The notes beneath the pieces were generated by a model. It searched no databases, had not been told where the DNA came from, and saw only the letters and a list, made by a program, of their open reading frames with translations. Shown here piece by piece: positions 61,419 through 64,000 of a DNA stretch of 64,000 nucleotides; the first letter of the stretch is position 1, and the number at the start of each line of letters is the position of its first letter. Source of the stretch: Marsupella aquatica (lineage: Eukaryota; Plantae; Marchantiophyta); NCBI GenBank assembly GCA_973895155.1, contig OZ316894.1, positions 23,682,709 through 23,746,708 on the forward strand, in the 5' to 3' direction. The position numbers and the translations under genes were made by a program.

Positions 61419-64000
61419 TTCTAATATACATCCACTTTCACCTCTAGCTATCCATCCACGTTGCCTTGCTTGTTTGTCTTTGAATCACTATACTCTGGAT
61501 TCCCTAATTTGCATCAAGTCAGTGCATTGAGATAATATTTAATGAAGCAAAAACAAGAGCAAAAATTATTCTTGCACTGTGTTTTGTCAATGAATTTGCT
61601 GATTGCAGCAATGATAATCCAACAAATATTAGAAATTTGTCTCAAAATCTATGCCATGAAGGGGAATTCAACAGGAACAGCCCTGGACGATATTCTCTCT
61701 CATCAGTTTAAGTTAGACCACTTTTTTGATCACTTGGATCTTTCTTTTTGTTTTGTCAGTGCCCCTTGGAATACAAATAACTTTATCAACTTTGCACATA
61801 CTTAGTCCAAGCAAACTCAATGCTACTACGTATTCATCCTTGTCATTATCAAGGCCTATTAAATTGGAGTAAAAATCAATGCGATTGTTATATTTGCTTT
61901 TAGTTGAGTGGTAGACGCAACCTTGAAAAATCAGCCTAAAGCAGGTCAAATATGAAAGCTGAGCTTTCTCAAGTCTACCATTGCAACAATCACCTTAGGT
62001 AATGATCAATCACTTGAAGAGGTAATCCTAAGAGAAGTCTCTATCCAATGGCTCTAATCTCTCAACCCTTGATCCATTCTTCCATCTGAAAGTCCTGCAT
62101 GCGCATTGGTTCTTGGAATTTGCAATTTTCCCATTTCCTCAGTTTTTTTCATATCACTCATTCCAAATTCATTTCTTGGATCCACAGCTGCTTGGATCCA
62201 CAGCTAGCTGAGCGTGTGACTATATTGTTCAATCTGTCAATGTTTCATAATTATTCCCAAGGGTTGAGTAGGATTGAACTCCTCTCAAAATCTCTATTCT
62301 GAGGAAATTCTCCAAAAAAGTATTTCACCCAATTGAACAATCCTTAGTTGTATCTTCTTTTGCACTGACTAGGACTCCAAGAAGCTTGGGTGAGCTGTTT
62401 GACTCACATCCATCTCTCTGCACCTTCAATTGCTTTATGTGTGGGTGAGGCATCGGATATCCAAAGAGAAAATGGGCTGTTCAAGAGATACAACAAGCAA
62501 GTAGGGCCAGTAGCGGTTGCAACAAAACAAACAAACAACACACTCCCAACTTCCAATTTGATAGAGGCGGCCAGAGTAATATTCATCAAAGTATATACCG
62601 GAGAAGAATGTCTTGTGGCACAAGGAAGGGGGAAGGAAGGAAACCAAAGCAAAAGCCATAGGAGCAGTCTCATCAAAGGATGCAAATTAGGTGAGATTAT
62701 TTTGGAGTTAAAATTATTTGACAGTAGTATAGAGTATTGCGTGAAATAACTCCTATACCTGATAAGAGGACATACATATATAGTTGAATGTACTGCCACT
62801 AGAAGATAAAAATAACCTATATATAATTAATGTTAGGCTTGTCCAGGCAGGGTGAAAGAGTTAGGGTCCTTTCAAATTTTGATTAGTCTACTTTTCATAT
62901 TTACAAGGGGCTTACACCACCATTGAAGTTATTTTAATTTGATGTTACAAATAAAGGCATAATTTTGAGCTTTTTCCTTGAATTAATTTAATAATACCCT
63001 TGCTATATTATCTCAGAAAGTTAGGCTCCCATGATTGAGGTGAGATGCAAGCAACTTTTCCTAGTTAGAAATCCGTATGGAATGTCAAGAGTTTTATGTA
63101 AAATACAAGGTCTGATAAAGAATATATAAATAATAGGACCCTCTCATACTCTTCTATCTATATATTTTGGATGATTCTATTTCATGGCAGAAGTCCTACT
63201 ATAATGTAATTACAAATATATACCTCTGGTTTCTTCCAAACTAGGATCAAGACTAGATATAACTGTCAGGGGTGAAAAATTAAATTAGCTTAGATGGTCC
63301 TCTACTTTAATCTATCAAACTAAGTCACCAACTTTGATGTATCAAGTCCAATCTATCCTGATGGGAGAGAAACCTCTGACTATCAACTATTTGCTTATGG
63401 ACATGCTCATATTAATCAAAGAGAGCTGCAGAAACCAATGCAATGAATGTGTGGCTCCTCTAAACAGGTGCTTAATATATACAACTTTGTTTTGTCTCAC
63501 TCATTTTATGATTCATAGAAATATCCCCTCAGTTGCTTTTACTAATATATCTCTGATTGAGTGTTTGTGACTATTTACAAGACTATTTAAGCAGCATTGT
63601 GACATTTTGATTTTGAATCCAATCCAACGTCTTGAAAGCTACTTTCCATTTCTGAAAGAATTCTAGTGTAGCAATCAACTAAGAATGTGATTTTGGATTT
63701 TAGCTGATTATTTTCAGCATTATCTCTGGTTGATCCCAAAAATTCAATTGCTAGCTCATAGTGATGGACATTCATCAACATTCTTATCATAATTTCTTAT
63801 TTGTAGTTTCATGCATAACAACGGGCATAACAATTCTTAAAGTGCATCAATATCTAGCATTTTCCAACAAGTAGCTATTGATGTTTTCAAAGTCTAGGCT
63901 GAATGTATGCTCTAGCGGTACCAGTAGGTTTGGCTGGGGTAAATTTCAATGTTCCCATTATTATTCAATTCAATGTTTTTAAGTACAAGGTACATTGCAT

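Noticed and set aside
61500-64000. Short minus-strand ORFs (61713-61949, 62404-62799, 63587-63790) as exons or LINE remnants
   Set aside because: No consistent splice structure or diagnostic motifs.

Overview
Nuclear genomic DNA from a land plant, probably a seed-free plant or bryophyte. This is inferred from the short GT-AG introns, plant-type U2 snRNA, TTTAGGG repeats, a CRE-like retroelement and a TTC12-like gene. Host genes: a 14-exon organellar RNase II (RNB) gene (minus, 19087-25451), a 7-exon UDP-xylose-transporter-like gene (minus, ~36570-39439), an intronless ~950-aa gene fusing TPR + ARM-like repeats + a class I SAM methyltransferase-like domain (minus, 27753-30608), and a U2 snRNA gene with variant protein-binding sites (minus, 57683-57878). 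Duplicated gene pieces: an intronless MOR1/XMAP215 retrocopy limited to TOG1-TOG2 plus a basic linker, with one frameshift and an in-frame telomere-repeat tract, and a broken katanin p80 3' fragment. Mobile DNA: a decayed Ty1/copia element with 5' LTR and PBS, a solo LTR and an inverted degenerate LTR of the same family, two L1-type LINE fragments (one with a clean 15-bp TSD), and a 5'-truncated RLE-type (CRE-like) non-LTR element. Many short local tandem duplications and one 107-nt hairpin. The most novel-looking items are the TPR-ARM-methyltransferase fusion and the two-TOG 'mini-MOR1' retrocopy. All calls were made by eye with no searches run; exon coordinates are approximate.
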